Shown piece by piece: positions 9,241 through 21,600 of a stretch of 64,000 nucleotides of DNA (positions within the stretch are counted from its first letter, which is position 1; every line of letters begins with the position of its first letter). Both the position numbers and the translations under genes were made by a program. The notes beneath the pieces were generated by a model. The model ran no database searches. It was not told the DNA's origin and saw only the letters and a list, made by a program, of their open reading frames with translations. The DNA is from a candidate division FCPU426 bacterium (lineage in GTDB: Bacteria; Oederibacteriota; JAAXVQ01; JAUVAV01). The stretch lies in contig JBFLYH010000001.1 of NCBI GenBank assembly GCA_040756875.1, positions 1,388,299 through 1,452,298 on the forward strand, read 5' to 3'.

Positions 9241-12200
9241 TTATCGGATAATAGCGACCTTTTTAGTTTCAGAAAAAACGATTCTTCCGTTCGCGTCAAG
9301 TATCCTGATCCGAGCTAAATACACCCCTGGCGCCTGGTCCGAACAATTCCAGAGCAGGGTCATGGTCTGCCCCCGGCCAGCCTGTTGATTCTCGATCAAA
9401 TGCGCCACGCGCTCTCCTGCCAACTGGTAAATATCAATGGTGACCGTATAATTGCCGCTGCGGGTATAAGCGAAGGTCGTCCGGTTACGGGCCGGGTTGG
9501 GATAGACCATGACCCGGCCTGCCTCCAGCCAGGGCGTAGGCGAAGGCGTGGCTGTGTTCAGCGTGCCGGCACCGATCGCGTTGTCAGGCGTGGGGCTGAT
9601 GGTGAAGGTCGGAGTGGGCGTGGGCGGCAAGGCATAGATTCTCACTGAATCAGCCAGTAAATAACTGCCCGGGCTTCCTTCCAGCGTCAGTTGGATAAAA
9701 AAACTCTGGCTGCCGCTGCGACCCATGACCGTGGGAATGTCGAACACAAAACTTCCGGTCTGGGAGGTCAACGGCATGAGCGTCCAGAAGGACCACGCCC
9801 CGCCGTTTTCCTGGATGCCCGCGTTCCACACTGCGCCGGGCGAGAGGCCGAGCACCCGGAGTTCCAGCCGGTTATACTGGGAAACATTGCACGTTAAAGC
9901 CGGAGAAAGCACCTTGCCCCAGGTGTCGTCCGCCGTGCGGGTAAGCGCGGCGCAGGACGGCGAGGCAGAGTAGGCCAGATGACAATCAAAGGCCGGGTTC
10001 TCGCTTTCATCGCTCCACCCCGGCGGTTGCACCCAAAACGTCCCGTTGAAGTCCTCCAGCCAGAAGGTGTCGGCCGGCGTCGGACTCGGGGTCGGCCGGT
10101 TGCCGTTCACCACGCTGACGTTTTCGACCAGCACCCAGGAGTTGTCCAACGAAAACTGGCTTTCCACACCGCCGACCGCCACGGTGAAATACTGGAGCCC
10201 ACTTTGCAGGGAGAGCGGCAGGTAGTGGCGTAGATTGAATTTGAAAGCCCCCTTCACCGGGGAATCATAGTGCATGCGGACCGAATACCCGCTGGGAGTG
10301 TTGCTTAAAAAGGCGTACCATTTTCCATAGAGGTCTTTGATATCGATGCGCAGGTCAGCCTCCTGGTCCATGTCAACGCTGAACGGGTAAATTTTTTCGA
10401 TCGAGCCGTACCCGTAAGGCTCAGCCCCGCGATACAGGTCATAGATCCTGACCCCATTCTCCAGCGGCGCAAACTGGGCGCGATTATAAACCGGCGTCCA
10501 CTGGGCGGTGACGCCCGGCAGCTGGGTGTTGAGCATGATCTGCTCGCCCCCCGCAGCCGGAGGCACCACGGTCCAGGGGTCGGACGGCCGGGGCACTGGT
10601 CCCGGGTTTTTCAGGTTGCTGCCTGTGTAAGCAGTGGCGTTCACCTCGGCCCCGGACCGCAGCAGTCCGGCCGCCGTGAACAGCCCCATCAAATGCGGCG
10701 TCCCGTCTTGTTCGGTGTCGTTGAGCAGCCACACCAGCCCGCCCGCGAGGTCGGTCTGGTAGATGCTGTCCCAGACATGGGTGAAATAGTCGCTCACTTC
10801 CGCCGCCGGCGGGCTGAGGTTGAAATCCATCCCAAACTCTTCAAACAGTATGGGTTTAACCTGGCCTAATGATTGCATCAGGGTTCTGGCTTGCATGGCC
10901 GCGCCGATATAAGCGTCCCTGCGGTCGTAATAGTGAATGGTCACCACATCCACAGGCGCCAGATCCAGGCTGCGCAGGCTGTCCGGCCAGGCCGTAGCCG
11001 CTATCACCAAATGATTGGGATCCAGGCTCTGCATATACCCCGCCAGATCCTGGTGCCAATCCAAGGCGTACGGATGAGCTGTCAAATCACCGTTAACCAG
11101 CGCCACATAGACATCCAACTCGTTGGTGACGCCCCACCCTAAAATGCGGTCGTCGTCCCGGAACCGCTCCAGAATGAGGCGCACATGGTTCTTTTGGTCC
11201 GTTCGGGTCGCGGGAGAATAATTCCGCGTATAGGGGAAAAACGTGAATTCCACTTTCAACCCCGCTTTGTCCGCAAAGTACAGGAATTGTTCCATGCGGG
11301 CCAACATCTCGGGCTTGACCGCGGCCCCGCCGAATTCATCATAATGGATGAACGTGCGGATGGTGTTGAATCCCAGGCCGGTCGCGCGGCTCAGCTCGGT
11401 TTCGATCATGGCTTGATCCCATTCCACCCACATCTTTTGCCAGCCGTGCGCCGAGGGATAGTAATTGGCCCCTTTGATTTTAACGATCGTTCCCTGCAAC
11501 TCCAATTGTTCGGGGTCCGCGCCGCTGACCCGGACGAAATCACCGGCCGCCGCCTGGCGGCGGTTCCCGAATACCCGCACACTCTCCACCGTGATTTGTT
11601 CGCCCGCCGCCCCTTCCACGGTAATTTGCACCACGATATCCTTTTCGCCGGACCAGCCGATGATCTGGGCGTAATCAAACTCGAAAACCCCGTCCGTGGT
11701 CTGACTGGCGCATAAATCCCAGTAATTTGAAGTCCCATTTTCCAAAATGCCCACTTTCCACGAAACCGCGGAAGAAAAGCTGCTGACATTGATCTCCAGG
11801 CGGTTATAGGCGTTGACATCACAGCGAATGGGCGAGGACAACACCTTGCCCCAGACATCCTCCGCAGTGCGCACGATTGCAGCCGACGAAACGCCGCTGT
11901 AGTTTATCTCGGCGTTGAAAGTCGCATCATCCGTTTCATCGAACCAATTGGAGGGCTGGAGGCCTGCGGTGCCGGTAAAATCCTCATGCCATATGTCCGC
12001 CGTCAGGGCGCTGGGCGTGGGGGTACGGGTCGGCGTTGAAGTCGGCCCGTCGGGCGTGAAGCTTGGGGTGGGCGTGGGGCTGGCCGTCGGAGTGGGTGGA
12101 GCCGAACGCACGCTCACATAATCCGCCACCAGATACTTCCCCACACCTCCCTCCACGGTCAATTGAACGTAAAAATCCTTCGTGCCGCTCCATCCCATGG

Positions 12201-12741
12201 CTGAAGCATAGGGATATATGAAAGTTCCGATCTGGCTCTGGCTCGCGCACAGGCTTTGGTACGTCCAGGAACCCCCATATTCCTGTATACCGATCTTCCA
12301 GGTGGTGGTCGGTGAAAGCCCGGCGATCTTGACTTCTACATAACCAAACTGGCTGGTATCGCAATGCAAAAGCGGCGAAAAAACCTTGCCCCAGACATCT
12401 TCGGCGGTCCTGGTTACCGCGGCCAGGGACGGTTGAAAGGAATAAGCTATTTCTGCATTGTAGGTATTGACATCCGTTTCGTCCTGCCATCCGGCCGGTT
12501 GTAGTCCGGGTGTACCTCCGTTAAAATCATCCCGCCAGAATTCAATCACCGGTGTGGCGGTCGGGGAGGGCGTGAGGGTAAACGTTACGGTTGCGGTGGG
12601 AGAAGGTGTCTGGGTATCCGTATCTGTCGGAGTAAACGTAGGGGAGGCTGCCATGACGGTGTTGAAAATGCAAAAAAACATCACTATGTTAAAAGTAATG
12701 ATTCCTGCCCACGTTCTCTGCTTCCCAGGCATGACAGCCAT
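9241..12741 (-). CDS. Secreted GH-A clan (GH5/GH2-like) glycoside hydrolase with 3 repeated modules and T9SS-like CTD
   Basis: KGANYYP, GFNTIRTF, acid/base WGVTNE, IHYY, nucleophile PILFEEFG, GGLVW; CTD YPNP...KKVAIIR. Confidence 0.82.
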   Translation of the reverse strand: MAVMPGKQRTWAGIITFNIVMFFCIFNTVMAASPTFTPTDTDTQTPSPTATVTFTLTPSPTATPVIEFWRDDFNGGTPGLQPAGWQDETDVNTYNAEIAYSFQPSLAAVTRTAEDVWGKVFSPLLHCDTSQFGYVEVKIAGLSPTTTWKIGIQEYGGSWTYQSLCASQSQIGTFIYPYASAMGWSGTKDFYVQLTVEGGVGKYLVADYVSVRSAPPTPTASPTPTPSFTPDGPTSTPTRTPTPSALTADIWHEDFTGTAGLQPSNWFDETDDATFNAEINYSGVSSAAIVRTAEDVWGKVLSSPIRCDVNAYNRLEINVSSFSSAVSWKVGILENGTSNYWDLCASQTTDGVFEFDYAQIIGWSGEKDIVVQITVEGAAGEQITVESVRVFGNRRQAAAGDFVRVSGADPEQLELQGTIVKIKGANYYPSAHGWQKMWVEWDQAMIETELSRATGLGFNTIRTFIHYDEFGGAAVKPEMLARMEQFLYFADKAGLKVEFTFFPYTRNYSPATRTDQKNHVRLILERFRDDDRILGWGVTNELDVYVALVNGDLTAHPYALDWHQDLAGYMQSLDPNHLVIAATAWPDSLRSLDLAPVDVVTIHYYDRRDAYIGAAMQARTLMQSLGQVKPILFEEFGMDFNLSPPAAEVSDYFTHVWDSIYQTDLAGGLVWLLNDTEQDGTPHLMGLFTAAGLLRSGAEVNATAYTGSNLKNPGPVPRPSDPWTVVPPAAGGEQIMLNTQLPGVTAQWTPVYNRAQFAPLENGVRIYDLYRGAEPYGYGSIEKIYPFSVDMDQEADLRIDIKDLYGKWYAFLSNTPSGYSVRMHYDSPVKGAFKFNLRHYLPLSLQSGLQYFTVAVGGVESQFSLDNSWVLVENVSVVNGNRPTPSPTPADTFWLEDFNGTFWVQPPGWSDESENPAFDCHLAYSASPSCAALTRTADDTWGKVLSPALTCNVSQYNRLELRVLGLSPGAVWNAGIQENGGAWSFWTLMPLTSQTGSFVFDIPTVMGRSGSQSFFIQLTLEGSPGSYLLADSVRIYALPPTPTPTFTISPTPDNAIGAGTLNTATPSPTPWLEAGRVMVYPNPARNRTTFAYTRSGNYTVTIDIYQLAGERVAHLIENQQAGRGQTMTLLWNCSDQAPGVYLARIRILDANGRIVFSETKKVAIIR

Positions 12742-12822
12742 AAACCCCCCAGAAGTCTGACGACTCTGGCTAACCCCTGCTTATATTGTATCCTTAAAAA
12801 TCCCTATAAACACTATCTATAT

Positions 12823-12851
12823 TTAGACTAGCTCATTTAGCTAATATTTCC
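12823..12851 (-). promoter_or_regulatory. Candidate ECF sigma promoter (shared motif)
   Basis: GGAAAT-N17-GTCTAA upstream of 9241..12741. Confidence 0.6.
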
Positions 12852-12863
12852 GTTTTTCCAAAT

Positions 12864-12899
12864 AAAAAGGGGGGCAGAGGTTATCCCTCCGCCCCCCCC
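12864..12899 (-). terminator. Rho-independent terminator
   Basis: G/C-rich stem followed by T5 on the minus strand, just after stop 12918. Confidence 0.75.
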
Positions 12900-12917
12900 T
12901 AAAGGCACAAACATAGT

Positions 12918-15401
12918 TTATTTGATAATAGCGACTTTTTTCTTCTCTTTCATAAGCACCTGTCCGCCTGCATCCGTGATTACAATCCGGCATAAATATA
13001 CGCCCGGCGCCACGTTCACCGCATCCCAGGCAGTCCTCAACGTCTGGCCGGTTCCGCCGTTTACCGTTTCCGTGACCGAAGCCACCCGTTCACCCGCCAG
13101 CGTAAAGATATCGATGGTTACTTTCCCCGCGCCGGGCACGGTGTAGGCAAAAAACACTTTGCCTTTGGCCGGGTTGGGATAGGGCAAGACCTGGTTGGCA
13201 GCCACGAAAGGCGTGGCCGTCGGGGTGGCGGTCGGCGTGGGGGTATTCATTGCCAGTTGCGCGGTTGGCTCAGGCGTGGGGGTCAAGGTCAGGGTTGGAA
13301 CGGGTGTGGAGGTTGCCGAAAAAGTTGGAGTCGCGGGTATGTAGATGGCGCCTAGTACGGTCTCTTCGCCGCCCACACGCACCCAATCCACTTCCACGGC
13401 CTTGCCCGGCGCACCCTCCACGGTCAGCTGGACGCGGAAGGCGTGCGTACCACTCCATCCTGTTGCGGTTGCGTAATTATACTTGTATGTTCCGGTTCCG
13501 GTCTGACTTCCGCTGAGGTTGTAGTAGGTCCAACTGCCCTCAGCCTCCTGGATGCCGACTTTCCAGCTGGCGTCGACGCTCACCGAAGCCACGGCTACCT
13601 CCACATAGCTATATACCGAAACATTGCAGTTGATGACCGGCGAAAGCACTTTGCCCCATTCACCCTCGGCGGTGCGCGTTACCGCGGCCAGTGAGCTGAC
13701 CGCGGAGTAAGCGATTTCGGCGTTGAAATTGGCGTCATCCGTTTCGTCCATCCAGTTCGCGGGTTGTTGCCCCTGGGTGCCCGCAAAATTCTCGAAATAC
13801 GCATTGCTCGGTGTCGGAGTGGGAGTGGGCGTTATGGTCGGCGTGGGGGTGGGCGAGGGCATGCCTTCACGGTGAATCCGCACCTGGTCAAACGTGACAA
13901 CGCAATTGCCGCCCTCGGAAATCAGTTCCACCCCCAGGTTTTTCACCCCGCTCCAGCCGGAGGCGGTCGGGATGTCGAAGGAATAGGTGCCCGGCGCCGC
14001 CAGCGAACCGCTGCAGACATGCTCCTCCCACCCGCCGGCCTGGCTGAACACCGCGATCTTGGCCGTGCCGCCCGAAATGGCCGAGATCGTCACCTCCAGA
14101 GTGCTGTACAGGTTCAAATTCACATCCGCAGAATAGGACAGCACTTTGCCCCACTCCTGGCCGGAGACCGTGGTCACTTCGGCCAGGCTGTCTGTGGCCG
14201 CGTAGGCGATCTGGGCGTTCATGCCGCCGTCGTCCGATTCATCGTACCATCCTGCCGGCTGCGCCCCCTGCGAGCCGCCGGAGAAGTGCTGGTTCCAGAA
14301 CAGGGGGTTGTTTTCCCACCAGTCGATCCGGTCGCCCCCGAACGTGGGCGCGACGACATCGGCATCGCCATCCCCGTCCACGTCAGCGGTTATCACATCA
14401 ATCACGCCCCCGTAATTGTCATCGATGACATGGGCGGTGATATTTTCGGAGCCGTCGTTCTCCCACCAGACGATGTCACAGGAATCCTTGGCGCAGCCGA
14501 CCACATCCAGGTCCCCGTCATTGTCCATGTCGGCCGCCAGGACGGATTGCGCTCCGTCGAAGCCGGTGGCGATGACATGTTTGGTAAAACTCATCGACAG
14601 GTTGTTCTCATACCACGCAACCGTATCCTGCCCTTCGGAAGCCGCCAAAATGTCCACGTCGTTGTCCTGGTCCAAATCCACAGCCACCACATCCGTAGGA
14701 TCGATAAAATTCGAGTCGACTACCCTCTCGGTATATTTATCGAGAGAAGGGTCGTATTCAAGGACCAAAATGTCCTCGACATCAACTGCGCCTGCAATGA
14801 CATCAATATCCCCGTCATTGTCCATATCACCGGCGTCGATGAAATAAGTATACTTCGGATTGACGAAGACGTTTTTTTCAACAAAGCCGCCGGAGCCGTT
14901 GTTGATCCATTTGATAATATCGCCCTGGTATATCTTGCTGCAGAGCACGTCCAGATCATTGTCCAGGTCCAAATCCTTGACCCTTATCTTTTTGATCCAG
15001 GCAAATTCCGGGTATGGCTCCGAGGTCATGTTGTGGTGGGTGAAATTCTCCGAGCCGTCGTTCTCCAGCCACATGGAACGGCTGCCGCCGACGGCAATAT
15101 CCACATCCCCGTCCCCGTCCAAATCGCCGGCACTGACCGTATCATCATACTTGATATTTGTCCCGGCCGTATGCCTGATAAAATTGCCGACACCGTCATT
15201 TTCCCACCAATAAACCGTTTGCTCCACAATGCCAATAATGTCCATATCGCCGTCAGTATCCAAATCCGCAGCGCAAATTTCCAAAGGTCCATCGACGCTA
15301 TCCTCGACTTCGCGTTTTTGAAAGTCACTGCTCCAAGCCAAGGATTGCAGTAAAAGCAAGGCCGCACCCAACATGCCGTACCGGACGATTGAATTGCGCA
15401 T
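12918..15401 (-). CDS. Secreted FG-GAP/VCBS repeat protein with 2 repeated modules and T9SS-like CTD
   Basis: Seven DxDxDGDxD...WxEN repeats, two QPAGW/QPANW...WGKV modules, and CTD YPNP...KKVAIIK. GGAGG SD. Confidence 0.85.
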   Translation of the reverse strand: MRNSIVRYGMLGAALLLLQSLAWSSDFQKREVEDSVDGPLEICAADLDTDGDMDIIGIVEQTVYWWENDGVGNFIRHTAGTNIKYDDTVSAGDLDGDGDVDIAVGGSRSMWLENDGSENFTHHNMTSEPYPEFAWIKKIRVKDLDLDNDLDVLCSKIYQGDIIKWINNGSGGFVEKNVFVNPKYTYFIDAGDMDNDGDIDVIAGAVDVEDILVLEYDPSLDKYTERVVDSNFIDPTDVVAVDLDQDNDVDILAASEGQDTVAWYENNLSMSFTKHVIATGFDGAQSVLAADMDNDGDLDVVGCAKDSCDIVWWENDGSENITAHVIDDNYGGVIDVITADVDGDGDADVVAPTFGGDRIDWWENNPLFWNQHFSGGSQGAQPAGWYDESDDGGMNAQIAYAATDSLAEVTTVSGQEWGKVLSYSADVNLNLYSTLEVTISAISGGTAKIAVFSQAGGWEEHVCSGSLAAPGTYSFDIPTASGWSGVKNLGVELISEGGNCVVTFDQVRIHREGMPSPTPTPTITPTPTPTPSNAYFENFAGTQGQQPANWMDETDDANFNAEIAYSAVSSLAAVTRTAEGEWGKVLSPVINCNVSVYSYVEVAVASVSVDASWKVGIQEAEGSWTYYNLSGSQTGTGTYKYNYATATGWSGTHAFRVQLTVEGAPGKAVEVDWVRVGGEETVLGAIYIPATPTFSATSTPVPTLTLTPTPEPTAQLAMNTPTPTATPTATPFVAANQVLPYPNPAKGKVFFAYTVPGAGKVTIDIFTLAGERVASVTETVNGGTGQTLRTAWDAVNVAPGVYLCRIVITDAGGQVLMKEKKKVAIIK

Positions 15402-15464
15402 GCCACACCTCCGAGTTAATCAGGCAAATCCCCCAAGTCTTTATACCTTGGGGTTGAATATGGG

Positions 15465-15494
15465 GTAGACGCAAATGTCTCACATTTTATTACA
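15465..15494 (-). promoter_or_regulatory. Candidate ECF sigma promoter (shared motif)
   Basis: TGTAAT-N18-GTCTAC upstream of 12918..15401. Confidence 0.6.
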
Positions 15495-15545
15495 TTTATT
15501 TTTGCTTATTATATACATGGTTTCTATTTGGCGTATAAATAATTG

Positions 15546-15580
15546 AAAAAGGGGCGGGCTGCCACTGGCCACCCGCCCCC
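15546..15580 (-). terminator. Rho-independent terminator
   Basis: GGGGCGGG/CCCGCCCC stem plus T5 after stop 15614. Confidence 0.75.
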
Positions 15581-15613
15581 GTGCGAAAGAACGCCCACAG
15601 CTGCGTTCTGTGC

Positions 15614-18600
15614 CTACTTGATCAGCGCCACTTTCTTGGTCTGGTTGAGGACGATCTTCCCTTCCCCGTCTGTTACCACGACCCGCACCAGGTAAATCCC
15701 CGGAGCCACACCGGCGGCCTTCCAGCTGGTGGTCAGCGTCTGGCCCGTGCCCTGCTTGTGTTCCACAATGCTCGCCACCCTTTCGCCGGTCAGGCGGAAG
15801 ATGTCGATTTGGACTTTCACCGGCCCGTTAACCGTGTAGGCGAAATTCACCTGCCCGCGCGCTGGATTGGGATAGGCCGCCACGGTTTGCGCCTTGACAA
15901 AGGGCGTGGAAGTGGAAACCGGCGTCGGCGTGCCCGTGGCTGCGGATATAATCGTTTCCGGCGTGCTGGTCTTGGTGGCCGTGGGAGTCGGGGTCGGCGT
16001 CGAGGTAAGGGTGGAAGTCGGCGGAATGTAGATAATGGCAGCCTGGGCTTCCTGCTGCATGAGTTGGTCGCCCACGGCCTGCGCTTCAGCCTGAGTTTCA
16101 AAGTTCATGCTGGCAGTTATCTTTTCATCCATCCGTTCCACTGACGCGGCGCTTACCCACCAATCCGGCACCACGATAATGGGAACATAGCTGATTCCTC
16201 CCAATCCCTGGTTGTCCACACTGATGATATTGACCTCCCAGTTCTTGTTGCCGGCGGTGAAGGCGGCACTGGCCGGTTCTCCGGCAGGACCGGTGATGCG
16301 CGTGACTTCTTTCACTCCGCCGAAAGTGCCGGAACCGGTTATCACGCGGTAACGCAGGGTGATACTCGGCTGCGGTGTAAGTTGATAGAGCGAAGTCGCC
16401 AAGATATTCTGGGTATGCGTAGTGTGCATGAAGTAAGACAATTCCGGCCAGGCCCTAACCCTTTGCGGAGTTTTCGGTGTCGGCGTGGGCGTCGGCGTGA
16501 TCGTCGTTTCCGAAGTTGAGGTATACGTCTCGGTCGGCGTATGGGTATAGGTGTAGGTTTCCGTCGGCGTCTCGGTGAGTGTCGGAGTCAGCGTCGGGGT
16601 ATAGGTCGGCGTATCCGTTGCCGTGTCGGTCCACGTTTCGGTCGGGGTCTCGGTCGGCGTGTCCGTGGGCGTGTCGGTCGGGGTCTCGGTATACGTGTAC
16701 GTCGGTGTCTCAGTTGGGGTGTCGGTCGGGGTGTCAGTTGGCGTCTCGGTCCACGTTTCAGTCGGAGTCTCGGTCGGTGTATCCGTGGGCATGTCAGTCG
16801 GGGTCTCGGTATACGTGTACGTCGGTGTCTCAGTTGGGGTGTCGGTCGGGGTGTCGGTTGGCGTCTCTGTCCACGTTTCGGTCGGTGTCTCGGTCGGTGT
16901 ATCCGTGGGCGTGTCAGTCGGGGTCTCGGTATACGTGTACGTCGGTGTCTCAGTTGGGGTGTCGGTCGGGGTGTCAGTTGGCGTCTCGGTCCACGTTTCA
17001 GTCGGAGTCTCGGTCGGTGTATCCGTGGGCGTGTCAGTCGGGGTCTCGGTATACGTGTACGTCGGTGTCTCAGTTGGGGTATCTGTCGGGGTGTCGGTTG
17101 GCGTCTCCGTCCACGTTTCAGTCGGTGTCTCGGTTGGTGTGTCCGTGGGCGTGTCGGTCGGGGTCTCGGTATACGTGTACGTCGGTGTCTCAGTTGGGGT
17201 GTCGGTCGGGGTGTCGGTTGGCGTTTCCGTCCACGTTTCAGTCGGCGTCTCGGTCCACGTTTCAGTCGGCGTCTCGGTCGGCGTCTCGGTTGCTGTTTCC
17301 GTTGGAGTCGGGGTTGGAGTCGGGGTGATTTCCGGCAGATAGAACGGCGTTCCAGGTACGCCTGTGGAGGAATAAAGGTTGATCCGGCCTATCACATTTC
17401 CGCTCTCATAGTATCCAGGAGCGCCCACCATAAACTCCGCCAAGCTGTCTCCGTTAATATCTCCTGTTCCGGAAACAGCCACGCCGAAGCTTGAGCCGGT
17501 TTGATCACCGGCAATAATCCAATAGGGTTCAATACCCAGTCCGGCGGCGGATCCCAGGAAGGTATAAACCCGTCCCGTAGGATTGTCCCATGTCCACCCA
17601 CCCGTCGCGCCTACCGCAACATCCGGGTACAGGTCGCCGTTTATGTCGCCAATTCCTGCCACACAATCACCGAAATGTTCGCTGGCAACATTGCCCTCGG
17701 CTGTCCAAGCTGGCACTGTCTGCAACCCAGCTGCCGAGCCGAGATAGAGATAGGCGGCGCCTCGGCTGTCCGCGGCATTCAGATAAGCTCCCACCATCAC
17801 ATCATCATATCCATCCCGGTTAACATCCCCGGCTGAAGCGACTGAAATCCCATAGCCGCTGCCTGAAGATCCCGCGACCATCCATGCAGGCGTGGTTGCC
17901 AATCCAGCGGCCGACCCCAGATATACATACGCCTTGCCGGTCTGCCGGGCGCCTATAACCACATCGTCAAAACCGTCGCCATTGACATCGCCGGCCGAAG
18001 CGGCAGAACAGCCGAAAAGATCGTTGATATTTTCCCCTTGAGCAATCCAGTCCGGGGTTGAATTGAGCCCCAGAGCCGAACCCAAATAAACGAACACATG
18101 CCCTCGCATGCTGTCGTAAATATAACCACTGACCATGACATCCGCATAACCGTCATGGTTCACGTCGCCGGCTGTCGCCACGACGCCCCCAAGCTGTTCA
18201 TTGGCCGCGCTGCCATAGACCGTCCAGGCAGGGGTTTGCGACAAGCCTTCAGCCGAGCCTAAATACAAATAGGCCGCGCCTTGATTGGTCGCTGCTTGGC
18301 TGTAACCATAGGCTCCAATGACTACATCCTCAAAACCGTCTTGATTCACGTCGCCGGCCGAACCTACAGTGCCGAAGCAGGCGTTGGTCTGCGGACCGGC
18401 CATTGTCCAGACCGGGACCGTGGTCAGGCCTGAGGCAGATCCCAGAAAAACATCCACGCGCCCCGTATTGCTGTTCCAATTAGGACTGCCGACGATTAAG
18501 TCCGGATAGCCGTCGCCATTTACATCCGCCCGATCCTGGTATGATCCGGTTTGAGACTGTTGTATCCCTTTAAGAATCCAGACTGGAACAACTGAAGGAG

Positions 18601-21600
18601 TCGGCGTCGGTGTTTCGGTGAAGGTGGAAGTCGGCGTCTCAGTCGGCGTCTCAGTCGGCGTCTCGGTCGGCGTGGGGGTTACTTCCGGAAGCCCGCTGCC
18701 CTGGAGAATCCGTAAAGCACTACTATCCGCCACGTATATCAGATTCCCGACCAACTGCAAATCCGTGGCTACACCCGGCGTATCAAAGAACCCGGTCTCA
18801 TATGGCCGGTAAGGATCAGCGACATTGAGAACTCTAACACCCGAATATCCGTCCGCAACCACGGCAAACGGCCACGCAACAGCAACATCCAGGGCTGCAA
18901 ACGGCGTGTCATAAAAACCGACATAAACAGGAGCCGTCGGATTCGATACGTCCACAATCCGCACGCCCCCATAATAGTCCGCGACAAAAGCATATCCATT
19001 GGACACGGCGACTTTCTGGGCCCCTCCCGGCGTGTCATACAAGCCAATCTGTACCGGAACCGCGGGGTTGCTGACATCAAATATTCGCAAGCCTGCCGTG
19101 CCGGCAGCGACATAGGCATATGTTCCTTCCACCTGGATTCCCTCGGCTTGATTGGGTACCGCAACCTGTCCCGCGAGTATGGGATTGGCGGGATCCGCGA
19201 CATCCAATATCATCAATCCTTCGCTGCCGTTCGCGAGGTAGGCATAATGCCCGGCAACTTGAATATCCTGCGCCTGCATCATCTCCTGATAATGCCCGAC
19301 TTCCACGGGTATTGCGGGATTGGAAATATCGACTATTCTCAAACCAAACTCCATGCAGGCCACATAGGCATATATTCCCGAAACTGCCACGGCGGCGGCA
19401 TCACCCTCGCTGATTTGATAATACCCCAGTTCACTCGGAGCCGCAGGGTTGGATATGTCAATAATCCGCAAGCCGTCCATCGCAGCGGCTGCATAAGCAC
19501 GCTGACCGGCAATGAAAACGTCCTGGATACTATTGATTCCCAATGCGCCTAACTGGGCAAGGGCGATTCCTGGCAAAGGCGTCGGGGTCTGCGTTGGCCA
19601 TTGAATGGGCGTCGTTGTCGGCGTAGGAGTCGGCGTGGGAGCCGGTCCCGGCAACCCGGTGATTTCAAGTATGCGCACCCCGCCTTCATCTCGAGGAGCC
19701 GCATAGGCATACAAATCCTTGATAGCGCAGCTTACGATTCTTTCGGTCGCAGTATAACTAGCCACCTCAAAAGGAGCTGCGGGATTGGCGATATTAACCA
19801 TACGCAATCCAGCCAGATCACAAGAAAGGAAGGCATAGTCGCCAGCCAGGCACACCTCTTCAACATTTCCGGAAGTAGTATAATGTCCGACTTCCACTGG
19901 CATTGCAGGATTCGACAGGTCAATGATCCGCAATCCGCCGGTCAAATCCGCCACATACGCCATAGCGCCCTGCACCATAATGTCTCGGGTATATCCTGGA
20001 GAACCATAAAAAGACGTTTCAACCGGATGACGGGGGTCTGAAACGTCAATGATTCTCACGGCAGTGCCGTCGGCTACCAGCGCATACTGTCCCAACATGG
20101 CAACATCCATCGCATTTCCCGGGGTGTTGTAGAATCCGAGTTCAACCGGATGGGTAAGATCCGAGCAATCCAATATTTGCAGACCGCTTTCCCCTTCCGC
20201 AATGAATGCATACTGACCTGATACGGCAATATTATACGGGAACCCAGGGGTATAATACGTCGAAACAGCAGTCGGATTGGAGGGGTTGGAAATATCCATC
20301 ACAACCAGAGGGTTCGACCCAAGAACATACGCATGGTTGCCCTCCACCCGCAGATTGCGCGCTCCCGCCACATTCATCAACCCGACAGGAGTGGGCATAG
20401 CCGGATTCGACACATCCAGGATTTCAATCCCCAGCGGGCCGCCGCACAGGAAAGCGAGCTGCCCGGCCACCACAATTTTTTCCGTATTTTCACTACTATA
20501 CTCGCTAATTTCATGCAGCCCGATGGTCGCGGTCATTGTTGGGGTGGGTGTCGGGGTCGGGACAAACGTCGCATAGATTCGCACAGCATCGAAAGTGGCC
20601 GAGGCACCGTTCGGCCCTTCCACTGACAGCTGAACTCCGTACAACTGCACGCCGCTCTCGCCGGTTACGCTCGGAATGTCAAAGATATAGGTCCCGGGCG
20701 CGTTGATACTGTCCCCGCTCAGCAGATCCCAGAATTGATACGGCGGTGTGGGGCCAGGATGGAAGACACCCACCCGTACTGTCGCGCCGTTCAAACTTGT
20801 GATCGTGACAGCCAGTTTGGTGAAGATAGACAGGTCCACGTCTTGTGAGAATGAAGCCACCTTGCCCCAGCCGCCGTCATTGGCGACTGTTACCTCAGCC
20901 AGACCATCCGTCGCGCTGTAAGCGATTTCCGCGGCCGGACTGATCGTATCCGAGGCATCATACCAACCCGCAGGCTGGGCGCCCGGCGTACCTCCACTGA
21001 ATTCCTCCAACCAGAGCGTGTTGATCGGAGTGGAAGTCGCAGTCGGCGTGGGCGTTAAAGTAGGCGTTTCGGTCATCGTCGGCGTAGGAGTCGGTTCCGG
21101 CGCGAAGATCCGGATTGAATCTATGGTTACGATCCCGCCGTTCCCGCCCTCCGCGGAAAGTTGCAGGGCATACAACTGCACGCCGGTCTCGCCGGTGGTG
21201 GTCGGAATATCGAACACATAAGTTCCTGGCGAATTGATGCTCGCTTGGCCTTGCAGGAAATCCCAGAACTGATACGCCGGATCCGGATGGAAAATGCCCA
21301 CCCTAAGCGCGGCGCCGTTCACGGCCGCCACTTTAATTTCCACCTTGGTATAGTAAGAAAGATCCACGTTTTGCGAGAAGGATACAACCTTGCCCCACCC
21401 GCCGTCGTTGGTTATGGTGATCTCCGCCAGTCCGTCGATAGCGGCGTAAGCAATTTCCGCCGAGGGAGCGATAGTATCCGTGGCATCGTACCAGCCGGCG
21501 GGCTGGCCGCCGGGCGTACCGCCGGTGAACTCCTCCTGCCACAGGGTCATGGGCAAGGGCGTGGGGGTTGGGGTGATGGTAGGCGTGGGCGTTTCCGTGG

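Noticed and set aside
16541-17330. CRISPR-like regular repeats
   Set aside because: In-frame coding TP repeats with no unique spacers and no cas genes.
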